A stretch of DNA of 64,000 nt from Epiperipatus broadwayi (lineage: Eukaryota > Animalia > Onychophora). The stretch covers positions 6,820,001 through 6,884,000 of the forward strand of contig JAQFVV010000007.1 in assembly GCA_028023455.1 (NCBI GenBank), read 5' to 3'. The position numbers and the translations under genes were made by a program. Under the pieces are notes generated by a model that was not told the origin of the DNA, searched no databases, and saw only the letters and a program-made list of their open reading frames with translations. Shown in pieces: positions 24,891 to 37,435 of the stretch (position 1 is the first letter of the stretch; the number at the start of each line of letters is the position of its first letter).

Positions 24891-25679
24891 TTTCTGGTGC
24901 TGCTATGAATTACTGAGTACTAAAAAGCCAAAAAGTAATTGTTTTCTTCAATCACATTTGAAGTTTTATATTTAACTTGAAATAAAAGCATGGGATGCCC
25001 AGAAATTAATTAATTCAATTACAGTTAAAATTAGTAATTAAATAGATTAATTTGTGGATATCCCACACTTTTGTTTCAAGTTAAATATAGAAACCTTAAT
25101 TGTGATTGAAGAAAAAAAATGTTTTTTGTATTTTTAGTGCTCATTAAAAAAAGTATTTATTCTAAAATATTTTTATATATATTATTTTTAAATTTATGTA
25201 TTTATTTAGTAGATATTTTAATTTTTTTAATACAGCTATTCATAATTATTTTTAATGAAATCTGAAAAGATTCTAATCAGCAAATAATGTCACTTTTGGT
25301 TTTATTACATCTTTTATTTCAACCATTGTTTGCATAAATTAAAACAATTATTAACTATGTGATTCATGGGTCATGTTTGAACTTATCTATATTTAGACAA
25401 AAAATATTCATCCCATTTCTGAAAAAGATAAATACAGTGACTATAAGTGATACTGGACCATAAATGAGGCTCTAATAATATATTATAAGATCATATTTAG
25501 CTGGTTTATTGTAATTCTGGGAAAAGAAATACATATAGGACTGAATCATGCTATAGTTTTTCTGTTGCTTGATGGGTTTCCTGGTTGAACATCCAGAAAG
25601 AATATTTAGAATGAGATACACATCAGATAACAAAACTACATGAATGATTTATTATATATTTTTTAATGAAGCAACTTAC

Positions 25680-25713
25680 CATTTGATATCTGGTGCAGGA
25701 ATATAGATAGTGT
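25680..25713 (-). CDS. Candidate 34-nt micro-exon of an unidentified host gene
   Basis: Minus strand ttttaatgcccttgcAG | ACACTATC...CAAATG | GTAAGT; strong acceptor and donor, open in all three frames. Confidence 0.35.
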
Positions 25714-27497
25714 CTGCAAGGGCATTAAAATTAAAGTTAAGATTAGATATATTAGTAATATTTCTCATGTTAATATTTAATTATCTATTAACCATATATA
25801 GTAGGAATGTTCATAAATGCTGATCATTAAGCAGACATTTTTAAAATAATCTTTAAAAATAATGTTATTATCCACTTATCATTGATTCATTATGAAATGA
25901 TAATCTTTCTAATCTTAATTAATCCAGTTTTTCAGATCCCTATCTCCCCTTCTCCACATTATACAATTACGCTTACTTATTTTATCCATCCATCAACCAT
26001 ATAGTCTCTTTCTATGTTTTAATAATCTTTTGTAATCCAGTTTACGATTTCATCTGTGTATGTATTATCATCTTTTAGCAACATCCAATTTCATTTAAGC
26101 TTCTTAATTGTTTAAGATTATTAAGATAGATGAGAATATATGTGACATAATTATTAAAGATTTAATTTTACTTAGAGCATTTGATTAAAAATAACATTTA
26201 AAGGAAATATGTCTATGTGTTTGATATTTAAAGTTTTTAATAGATGTAATTATATGTTGAATTATTTCCATCATCTGGAATTAATTGTTAAATATCTTAA
26301 AAAAAATTCATTTTATTTAAACTTATCAAACAAATTAGACTATTAGTAATAGTGCACAGGTTCATGTTATATAACATATTTTTTAGTGGTATTACTTTCC
26401 TTTCTTATTTAGATGTTTTAGCTTGACCAGTAACAGTACTAACATGTGAAACAAACCTGGGATTTTTAGACTCATGAATATTAAATTTAAAGCATTACTC
26501 TAAGTATACTATGCTGTCAAAGTCAATAGCCAGTAGAAATTTCATAAACTTCTTTATGAGGGGGAGGTCCCCCTGATTTCTTCCTATTTAAATGATGGGT
26601 TAATCAGTGGCTTCCAAACATTATGAATTGTCAAACTAAGTTGACATATATAATATGGACATTAACATTGTTTGTGCTTTCTTTAAATTTCCTTTTTTTA
26701 ACTTTTCCTCTGAACCATTTTATATATATGGATCGAAGACATGAGCACTTAATGGAAGAGTAAACTGTTCAAGAGGAAATAAAAAAAATAAAAGTGAAAA
26801 AACAGGCAAATATCATAATACTACACAAAAAAATAACAGAATTGTTATATTGCTCCAGAATTCATAAGTCGTTTGAGAGTGGAAATGAAACTGTGCACAA
26901 ACCAAGAATTTTAAGCTACTGTCTGCCATTATAACTATATGATTCATTAAACTAGCATTATATATAAATATTTAAATACTTTGATTCCATCAAGTAATTG
27001 CAATAATTATGATTATAGATTTTTGAAAAAATATATTAAATATATGTATTTTTATTATATTTGATGTATCTGAAAATCTCTACCCAAAGACAAGCAATAA
27101 TGTACTGCTATAGAGAGATGATCCATAATCACTGTCTGTGAAAGTTACCATACTCTTTATATAATTTACTCTAGCAGCAAGATTTTATAATTACTTCATA
27201 AAAACATGATTTTCTTTTTAAATTAAAGCTGATCTTGGAAACATTACACATTGAGCCTATTTGTTTACCACTGGATTATAAAGTGAAAGATAATGCCCAA
27301 AAAAGAGTTGTTTCATAGTTCTAAACTGTCTTTAATTATTTTGTAAAACACACCATGATCAAGGATGCAGGTCACAAGCATTGCCTTATAATTTTTTTTT
27401 TGCATCCTGCATCTTAAAGCATGCTTACACAAAATGTTAAAACAGTAGCAAACCTTTCACCTGTGCAAATCCTGGTAATCAATGTGTGCAAAAGGGA

Positions 27498-27807
27498 TTG
27501 TGCATAAAATCCCTATCTAACACTCATTCAATACCCCCAATCTTGGATTGAAAACATCATTCATTTTCGATTCATAGCTCTATGGTTAATTAAAAAGGTA
27601 AAAAATGACTTCTAGAGGGTTGATTACATCCTAAGATCTAAATGCAGTGCTCCCAGATCCAAGGTTGTTTACTGATGAAAGCTACAAGTTAAAAATTAGT
27701 TTGGGGATAATAGATGAGTAGGCAGTAGATAGGAATTTTATGCACAAACCTTCTTGCATCCATTGATTAAAAGGGCTTTTACAGAATGGCCTTGTTGTAT
27801 GGAGAGT
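27498..27807 (+). mobile_element. Older, degenerate copy of the hammerhead-bearing repeat, with a short inverted piece at its 5' side
   Basis: 27541-27807 aligns with 13950-14222 (atcctaagatcta, cagatccaagg, ctgatgaa at 27672-27679, ttttatgcacaa). 27498-27540 is an inverted fragment of the same unit. The GAAAC and GTC positions are mutated. Confidence 0.8.
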
Positions 27808-29277
27808 ATGCATTGTATATCTTATAATAAAAATAAGTGATTCATTCAGCATTTAATGCAAAGGATATTTTTTTAACTTCATGCCCTAATTCTGTTTTAA
27901 CACAGTCTAATGTGGCACCACAATTATAAATAAAGATAAGGTCATAATAATACCTGTTGATAACAATTCATACTAATTAAAGGCATTAAGTAATACCCAA
28001 ATAATTCTCATAAAGATGGTCATTTGTTACTTGAAGGGTTAAAGTAAATCAATCTTTTACCATCTTATAATGAGTTTTCTTATATTTTTAATAGCATTAC
28101 TATTTCAACTTTAAAGGGATGCTTTCCTATGTAGAATTGTTTTTCTGCCTTCTATTTTCTAGACAAAGCAGAATTGCTTTTGCACATTGACCTCAAAAAC
28201 CATTATACTAGGGTATGTCTATTCAATTAAATTGAAAGGTAATTCAGTTCTAATGGACCAGTTTGTTATTTCTGAGGGATATATTTCTCAAATTATATAA
28301 TATAGTCATGATTTTCAAATCAAAATAAAAGACTAATATTACAATTCTATGCAAAAGCAATCATTGATAGTTTTAGGCTTATTATTGCATTCTGCATTTT
28401 TTCATGGGTAAGAGTCCCCACACTCTCCAGAGCAAGATTATAGATGATATAATTTTCATGATTGTTATACTGCATCATATAAATAAATAAACAAATAGGC
28501 TAATATATAAATAGAAAGTCATATACGAGAAAATGAAATACGACTCTTTAATTAAATACATCATTACCATTTTGACAAGTTTTCATAAACAGTACATAAA
28601 GAGTTAAAAATTTTAAAAATTTCCCACGGATGATCGAATTTTTTTTATCATGAGATTTACCCTCTTCATGTCATATATATTTTAAAATGATTACATTTTT
28701 CTTTTTTATTTATGAATAAATTATGAGGCTAGAAAATTAATTAGCTGACTTTTAGTAATTATAATACTCAATAACAATTGAAAGTATGCATTTATGATTT
28801 CTTTTATTTCTGCTCTACCTGGTCGGTTTACCACAATTACAATTACATAGAAAAAGTAAAAGGTGAAACGGTCAATATAAGAAAAAAAAAAGACTTTATT
28901 GCTGTAGTTAATGATGAAAAATTTGTAAGAAGAATTTATTAGAAAAGTACAACTTAATGAGGCATCTACATATATGCGTATATTGCAAAAAATCCGATGA
29001 AACGCAAATGTGTCATTTCCACAGACTACTGCGAATGGACTCAGGGTCAATCAATAAAAATACTTTTGAATTAATAAAGGGGCATATTTTATATATATAA
29101 ATTAGACTTTACCCATTATTTCATTTACAAAATTTTTTCAATTTTTTAGAATTTTTATATTTTCTTCTCTCTTTGTGACACATATACATATACAATATAC
29201 CAGTAATAAATCTTTTAAAAGAAATATTATTGCAAAATCCATGTACACTTAATAAGTCATGACATATATATATATAT

Positions 29278-29633
29278 ATCACCAACATCAACCATTATCA
29301 ATCCACTGCCGTATGGAGGTCTCTCCAAGTTCAATCCATCTTCTCCGATCTTTAGCTTCTCTTTTCCACATCACCCCTGCACACTTTCTTATTTCATCCA
29401 TTCATCCCACATGTTGTCTCCTTCTGGGTCTTTTACAATCTCTTGGAATCCAGTTTAAAATTTCAATTGTCCATCTATTATCATCTCTTCTAGAAATATG
29501 TCCGTCCCAACTCCACTTCAGTCTTTTAATTTGTTCAATGAGGTCAATAACATCTGTTTGTTCTCTACACATGTATTGTGTTTTTGAACTGTTCCTGTTA
29601 CTCCTAACATGCATCTCTCCATACTTCTTTGAG
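29278..29633 (-). mobile_element. 5'-truncated RTE-clade LINE 3' fragment inserted in (TA)n
   Basis: Translates to IEQIKRLKWSWDGHISRRDDNRWTIEILNWIPRDCKRPRRRQ, homologous to 58060-58410; (TA)n on both sides. Confidence 0.85.
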
Positions 29634-29706
29634 TATATATATATATATATAGTTTAAATACCACTTAAGAGTATATATATATATATATAGTTTAAATACC
29701 ACTTAA
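29631..29706. repeat. Perfect 38-bp tandem duplication
   Basis: gagtatatatatatatatatagtttaaataccacttaa x2 at the LINE 5' junction. Confidence 0.9.
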
Positions 29707-32400
29707 GTATGTAATATCTTTACATTAAATTATTATTAAAATTGATAATTATAAGCATGTTTAAATTTGACTTGCTATATTTGATATGATTTCAACTGTT
29801 TTCCAAGCAGCTGATAATATCAGGTTTGATTGATAGAAACACATATTCTTCAAGAGGTAGGTTAATTGAATTCTCATTAAACATTGTTGTATATAAGACC
29901 ATTAACTTCTATACATTTCTGTAGAGAGTATAATTAAAATAAAGTCTTTGCACAGAATTATTTATTATTTATAATGCATAATAATATATTTATAAGAGTC
30001 ATAACATAATAAAATATATGGATATCAATTTGTATTACAATTTATTAGATTAATCATTTTTGGTCAAGATCTAAAATTGATTTAAAATACATTATGTAAT
30101 CAGTAATTTTAACAGAAACACAACTAAAGAGCAACAAGTGCTTGTTGTGACTAATAGACCAATGATTAATTTTAGGATGACCTTTACCAAAGCCTTTCAC
30201 AAAAATGCTTTCGAACATTTTGTTTAATCTGAAGATTTATACCAGAAAATCATGTAAACTTTTTGTTAACATAAATCATCAATGTTAATATTATTATATA
30301 TACTAATCTGTAAACTTTTACTCTCCACAATTAAAATTTTGCCTTATTTTACTTGACATTATTTTAATACATTTTAAAATATTACACTTAATTTCTAATA
30401 AAATAGACTTTACTAAAAAGTTATTAATTTCCATTTGTTATATATTTCTATAATATATAAGATGAAGATAATTATATTTCATTAAACAATTTTTGAGATA
30501 TTACAAAGTGTTATTTACAAAGTAATGTTTTTGTAGATCTTATTTTATTATTAAAAAATATTATAGCAACATTTAGATAAATATTATTTTTCATAAACCA
30601 TAAAAACATTGATTTATTCCAGTACAATGAAAATCTTTAGTAACATTGTAAAATGGTGGGTTGCACTCCCAAAATACAATTGCATCATGGAGTTTTTAAT
30701 AACATATTAATGACACTGGGATTTAAATTTTCTTTTATAATAAATTTCATAAATATGCAATGTTGTATATTTTCTAAAATAAATCTTATAAGTAATTTCA
30801 AGAAATGTGCAAAATTTACTAAAATAAATATATATATTAAAGCTATGCTTAATAAAAATAAATATAATAACTCTTTTCTTTTGCCAATATTAGAAACATT
30901 TTGGCCAATTTATTACAATAAAGGATAACAATGAATTTTACATAAAATATAAGAATCTATATTATTGTTTCATTCTATTCCATGATTATTATAGATTAAA
31001 ATTATATGTAACATTTAATTTATTAAAAGATAAACAAACTTAAATTCAAGATTTAGTAGTACTTTTTGAAAATAATATAATTCATGTTAAAATAATTACT
31101 TTTAAATATAAGAATTTTCTTTTAATATGTTATAAAATATATGCAGTTATAACAATGCTTCTTACATAAAGAAAATGCTTAGAACATTAAATATAATCAT
31201 AAAGCCTTTTTTATTTCCAAGTACCCTTTTCAAAGCAATCTTTTCAAAGGCAAGAACATAATGTTTGTCTTTGAAAAGATGGCACAGTACTAAAAATATA
31301 TTAAGATTTAAGATTTTTAATATATTTTTTTTATTTGTGTAAAAAAATTGTTTATAATTGCATATTTCAGTGATTGAATTTTTATACTTTATTAATGCAG
31401 TATATTTAATATTAAAGTTATCATTTAAAAAATTTTCATATATATTAAAAATGCATAATCTTGTGGGGAAAAATAGGAAAGATACAAAAAAACAAAATCT
31501 TTTAATATTTCACAGCTTTTGAAACAAATATTAGTGATATATAATAATTTGAGGAGTCTATTTGTCATACCAAAAAGGTTTTAATTTTTTGATATTTTAT
31601 GCAATCCTTATAATACTTTCTAAGTTAAATAATAATAGTGAAAAAATGATGATAATAATTTAGAATTTTAATTTATTGAATATCAAATTTGAATTAAAAA
31701 AAGTGATTTAGTATATTTTGTATGATTTGATGGCTGTTTCAAGATTGACAAATAAATATTAGATTGGGGATAATTATTAGAATTCATATATATAGATAAG
31801 TTCTTAATATTAATAAATTTTTAAAAGTAAGTTGTGATTAAAAAACAACTAATCAAAACAAATAAACAAAAAAAAAAACAATGTTTGACAAAAAACAATA
31901 TGTAGTCATTTTTAGGCCTAAAATAAATTTTGATTGTAGATAATAAAATACATGATTTATAACTGAAATGGAAACAGACAGTCTCCAACAAATAAAACTG
32001 ATTGTGTTTATGTTTTGACAAATATAAAAATAGACCACTTTCAATTTTAGCTTTGATATTAATTAAGCAAATATTTGTTGATGATATTGAAAATAGCAGT
32101 TACTTAAAAGCCATATTTTAATTGATGTTTCTCTTCACCTTGTAATACTTAACTATGATTTTACAGTAATATACATCATTTAAAATATGGCTCTTAAATA
32201 ACGGCATGATTTATTTCCAGTATCACAACAAATGTGTGCTTAAATAACATCAAGACTGGAGTTAACAATGTTCTATACTTTTCTTCTAAACATTTGTTGA
32301 TACATTAACACAACCATTCTTAGCTGTTGAAAGTTGGCTCCTTCCATTCAATTTACATATATACTTTACGGTAAATGAATTTAGTACTTAATATGCTTAT

Positions 32401-32511
32401 ATTTATAAGACAAACTTTATACTGACTACTTTACTAGGGCTTTAAAAGATGAAGAGATTCTCTTAATTTTTTAAAGTATTATAATATCAACATAAAGTTT
32501 GTCTTATAAAT
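32401..32511. repeat. Small inverted repeat (20-bp perfect arms, 71-bp spacer), MITE-like
   Basis: atttataagacaaactttat at 32401-32420 and its reverse complement at 32492-32511; no clear TSD. Confidence 0.7.
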
Positions 32512-33442
32512 CTAAGTATATAAATCTGTTAATTGACCTCATATTACATGGAAGTGAAATATGGACATCTTTCCTCATAACATAGAGGCATCAGAAAAAT
32601 TCATTAAGAATGCTTTATAAAATATTCTAAAAATGTGATAGCAAGATCATAAAAGCAATCGTTAAGTTCTTCAACTTTTCGGCCATAATACAGAATAATT
32701 CACTGCTGTAAAATTATATCTCTATTTGATAGGATATGTGAAACGAATGACCAATTGTATATGATCTTCTGAAAATCTTTATGATGCACATAAAAATGAT
32801 GCACATAAACATGGTTTTCATGGAACAGGGAAGATCTATTTCTTTTATAATGGTTATGTTTTTATGATGAACATGAGCAGGCAAGATCTATTTCTTTTAT
32901 GAAAATGATCTCTAAGGCATTTTAAAGAAATGCAATGACGAGTGTTCCATTGGGAAGATAAGGCCAATAATAAAACATATTGGAGAGCTACAGTTAGAGA
33001 CGAAGTTGAAATATTTCAGAAAGAAAAGTTTACGGCCGAAAAGGTTACAAACAGTGTCATAAAATATCAAATAAAGAGAAAAATGGACCCGCGTATTTTA
33101 TATGTGTATGTATTTGTGATTTATGGATTTGTTTGTATAGTCATCGCAAAACTGATCTCTAGAGTATCATTATCTTGGTTTTATGTGTGTGCGTTGTCTT
33201 TTTTATCTTTTGGAAGTCTGTTACTGTTGAAATAAAATTAATAATTTTATTTAGCATACAATCATTTTTTTTTTAAAAAAAAAACAACCAATAAATATAT
33301 ATTATACTTAAAACTAGAATAATTATAGCTCAAGATAAAAACTTAAAAGACACTTTTTAATTATATTTTATCTACTAGGAGAAAAAAATTAGAAAGTGAA
33401 AGACATTTATTCTTTTTTAGCTATTTACAAAGAATACTGTGG

Positions 33443-33513
33443 CCAATTTGCTGGCTATAAATCTTCCCCAACTGACGACAGCACAAGTGCGAGGCTGGTC
33501 GCCTCTAGTAAGT
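33443..33513 (+). promoter_or_regulatory. Candidate TATA promoter and short non-coding first exon
   Basis: CCAAT at 33443-33447, TATAAAT at 33456-33462, GTAAGT donor at 33508-33513, inside a locally CpG-retaining region. Confidence 0.3.
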
Positions 33514-34380
33514 GTCATGTTCTTACTGCATTTAATGAATGTTTACAACAGAATTACCTCATCAAGCCAATGAAGCAGCTTGAATTACGAATACCTGCGA
33601 AATAAAATCAAACCACTTAGATATAATTACGCACCTTATCATTAGAGGTGTAGCGGTCATTAATTGATATGCTCCTTATAATGTTTCCTTTAATGATACC
33701 GCAGCAGAATCATTCTCATTATAATTAATGATTAGAAATTTATCTGACAATCATTTTCAAATTGGATACTTAAATTATTATTTTTTTTTGTAAAAATAAA
33801 ATATTGAGAATTATTTATATAAATATATAAAAACAAAGTTTAAAATAAACACAACATCGGTTAAAAAATGACAGTTTACGCGCGCACATCCCCGTAAATA
33901 TGAGCACAAAATATAAAATAATATCAGAAGTAATGAAAAAATTAAATTCTCTCTAGCTATATATACATAAAAGTCTAAAAATAAAATGCTTGGGGAAATT
34001 ACTTTGATAATGATGATAATAATAAAATCAAAAGTGTGAAAATTTTTAAAATAAAAACTTCATTTAGATTTCTCTAATCTTTTTTTTAAAAATTAAAATG
34101 ATTTTTATAAAATCAGCTTTTTTTAACTATTAATTATTTGACTTTTAAATTAAATATTCAAAATTTATCATATATACATACAATAAATATACGAATGTCA
34201 CAAACGCATAAATGATATAAATATAAAGAGTACTTTCAGAAATAGAAGAATGAACGAATTGCACGCACGCATTTGGTTTCCTTCCAACCTAAAAATTATA
34301 ATCACTCATGGACTCTTAACACAAATACCTTCTGCTTTTTAAATAATCAAATAATAAACCAATCTGTCGAATTGGAAGAC

Positions 34381-34772
34381 AGAGGTACCTGGCATGGCTC
34401 GGCTGCGGGTCAAGGATTTAATGTCTAATGACCTTGGATCTCGTTGCCTGTTGTGGTGGTTGGCGCAATGCTGGATGTCTGCCTATTCAGCTGAAGCATT
34501 TGGGTCTTGGCTTCGAGGCCCCAGGGATGGGAATCATTGGGCGATGGATGACTTCTTGGCGGTTGGGCCATGTAGACCCATGTACAGATACACATTAAAC
34601 AACACTATAGCAACCCTTATATGAATATAATTGTTATTGAAGGTTTATACTTTTTGTAAACCTGGTTAATAATTGTTTTATCTTTGTAACATTGAACGCT
34701 TTATTATCGTCAACGGGTAAGTAGACTCGAAAATTTCTGTAATCTTTTAACTAATAATGGTTACTTTTGAAA
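34381..34772 (-). mobile_element. Dispersed repeat, probable 5'/ORF1 fragment of a CR1/L2/Jockey-type LINE
   Basis: Aligns with 36352-36737 (gcctgttgtggtggttggc, gaagcatttgggtctt, gggtaagt); minus-strand traces of SVQC..K / YIH..C resemble a PHD finger. Confidence 0.5.
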
Positions 34773-35429
34773 CTAAACCAGTCTGTTATTTTTTATTTGT
34801 ATTAATGAAGAACTTGGCATTTCTGTTAAGACTCACTCTAAAAATACTCTTCTATACCACATAATAACAGTCTGCCTTTTTTTCTTATCTTCAATGTGTT
34901 TATAAAATCTCCTTACTAACATCTATGTTGGTAAGCAGCAATATAAGATCTGTCAACAATAAAACATCATTTGAAGCTAGGGAGAATAAAAACTCAAATT
35001 TTACTCCCATATGGAAAGTTTAAATTTTATGAATAAAATAATATGATTATAAAAAGATTTTAAAATTTGACAGCAAAGAACAATAAGAATAAAAAAAAGA
35101 ATGATAACAATAAGAACAATAAAAATAAGAACAAAAAAAGAAAATAAGAAAACAGGAGAAGAGGAGAATAAGAAGACAAAGAGGAATTTAGGGGCGGGTA
35201 TTAAACTAGAAATTCGGGCATATTTTTCTAATCAATTGTATGAATATACATGAGACATTATTCAATCGTGCATGCAAAGACAGAATCAAGTAATACAAGT
35301 AAAAGCGGCAATTAAATTCTGGTTTGAACTTGAAAAACAGCTAATTTTTTCGAGTGTCAATAAAAAGTATGCAGGAAAATGTATGCATGTTTAAATTTAC
35401 TAAAAGCAAAAACAAAAAAAAAAACTTAC

Positions 35430-36737
35430 TATTACTCATCTTTTGCAATCCTGTCCTTATTTCAACTGACTTAGATCCTACATCGGTCAACAGGTATCTT
35501 TTGACCACAGATAATCCCTCTATCTAAAATGCTATTAAGGAAGGAATTTTTTCCACCAACAGAACCTCCATATTCCTTAAGTTTGTGCTGTGGCTCACCA
35601 GATGCAAGCACATTTTTGGGTGCTCAGATAATAATGTCAGACACCTTTATTAAAATTCTGACAAATTTTCGTGACAGAGATCAACTTCTGGCACTCAATA
35701 GATTACCTACTAAATCCTGGGCCAGTGTCAATCTGTCATAAGAAAATTAAATACTCCTCAGATTCACTTGTATAAAGAGATAATAATATTTAGCATCAGT
35801 ATTTAAGTCAAAACTCAAGTTTATATAGATGCTTTTATTCATGTATCTTTTTAGCACCTGCCGAGAAGATGAAAGTCACTACTTTCACATGGACTTTACT
35901 GTGAAGGGCTACTGCATCCCTTGATGGATTATTTGATAGGTCTGTGTTGATTTGCACTCACTATTATTAGGTTTCATTTGTTAGCTTTAAATTTAGTGCA
36001 TTTGTAAAGTGGTTGGTTTGTTTTGGTCCACCACCAATTTTTGTAACTAATATTTTGTGGGCATGAGTCTATACTACTCTTTTCTTCCTTGGAGGTGGCT
36101 GGTGGCAGATATTAGGTATCTGGTTTATGGTTCAGGCTGTTGACAATTTTGCTGCTACCCGGAATACCTGCTGGGAGGGTACCTGGTCAAAGTCTCAGTG
36201 CTATTCCTGCTCTGGTCAACTGCTGTGGTTTTGGGCAATATTGATCTGGCTCATTACTTGTTACTTCTTAGTTTTTTCACAAGTTGGCTTTCTAATTTTG
36301 GGTAGGTATACCAATTGTGGTCCATGCCCATTTGGTCTGCTAATTGGGAGGCAGAGGTATCTGGAATGGTCTTGACATGGCTCAGCTGTGGCTCGAGAGT
36401 TTATTGCTTGGTGAACTTGGGCCTTGAACTTCACTGCCTGTTGTGGTGGTTGGCACAATGCTGGACTTCACCACCTATTCAGATGAAGCATTTGGGTCTT
36501 CACTTCGGGGCACCAGGGGTGGAATCATTGGGTAATGGTTTACTTCTTGACAGATGGGCTGTGTGCAGTGTGCATCCACGTACATCCATTAATCACATTA
36601 CAACAATTTTTATGGATGTAATTGTTTTTGAACATATGTACATTTTACCTTGTTACATTGAACACTGTGTAATCCTCAATGGGTAAGTGTACCCGGAAAT
36701 TTTTGCAATCTTTTATTAATAAAGGTTATCTTTGAAA
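35430..36737 (-). mobile_element. Decayed non-LTR retrotransposon 5' half (ORF1 remnant plus start of an APE-like endonuclease)
   Basis: Minus-strand remnants QVNLRSI (35750-35773), KLISVTKI (35664-35687) and GGSVG resemble APE motifs; 5' part repeated at 34381-34772. Confidence 0.45.
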
Positions 36738-37323
36738 GTAAATTTTATTTTTTTTAAAAAAAAAAAACTTAGTTACTTAACACAAAACTAAGGTTTATTT
36801 TTAAATTTTTTTAAAAAGAATTACTTCCAGTCTCTTCTTTAAATACCACGAATGAGTTCCCTCTGATATATATATAGTTTTTTGATTTCCTGTGCATGTA
36901 AAGGTATTCTTAATTCACATTTAATAATTGTAATTTATATCACAAAGCTTCAAATTAATTGTATAACATTAAATATTAAAATACAGCATTTGAAAAATGC
37001 AGTTATGGCATTTCATTTTAAATATGTGACTATAAAACTATAAAAGATAAATGAATTAGGATATGTTGACTTTCAAAATAAATGGCATGAATTCTATATT
37101 CTAAGTGTAAAATAATTAATTTCAGATCGTACATTTACCAGCATTTACAGCAATATGAAGACTACAACCTAGGTAATATATTCTCTATTTCTGCAGTTTG
37201 AAGATCATTCTCATATTTTTCTTTTTCCCCTTAAAATCTTAAGTGATTGTAAGTGTGATTACATAATCTATAATTTACCAGTTTCCTTCAAGACGTTCTA
37301 TTAATTAAACAAAAACCCTGCAC

Positions 37324-37435
37324 GGTGTGGACCAGTTGGTAAAGCATCTGACTTGAAATTGGGAAGGGGGGGGGGCAGGATTGATTCTGGCACTCGCACT
37401 TCTGACTCTTTATGAACTCCAGAGCAATAAAGCCA
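37324..37435 (+). mobile_element. tRNA-derived SINE-like repeat
   Basis: A-box-like tgtggaccagttggtaaagc, tRNA-Ser(UGA)-like anticodon arm tctga-CTTGAAA; 3' motif tttat(g/a)aa(c/t)tcc..gagcaataaa shared with about 249-274 and 56397-56422. Confidence 0.55.

Noticed and set aside
28721-33605. Short ORFs of 60-110 aa in AT-rich DNA (28721-29050, 30653-30928, 32942-33235, 33396-33605)
   Set aside because: Low-complexity composition, no recognisable domain; expected by chance.
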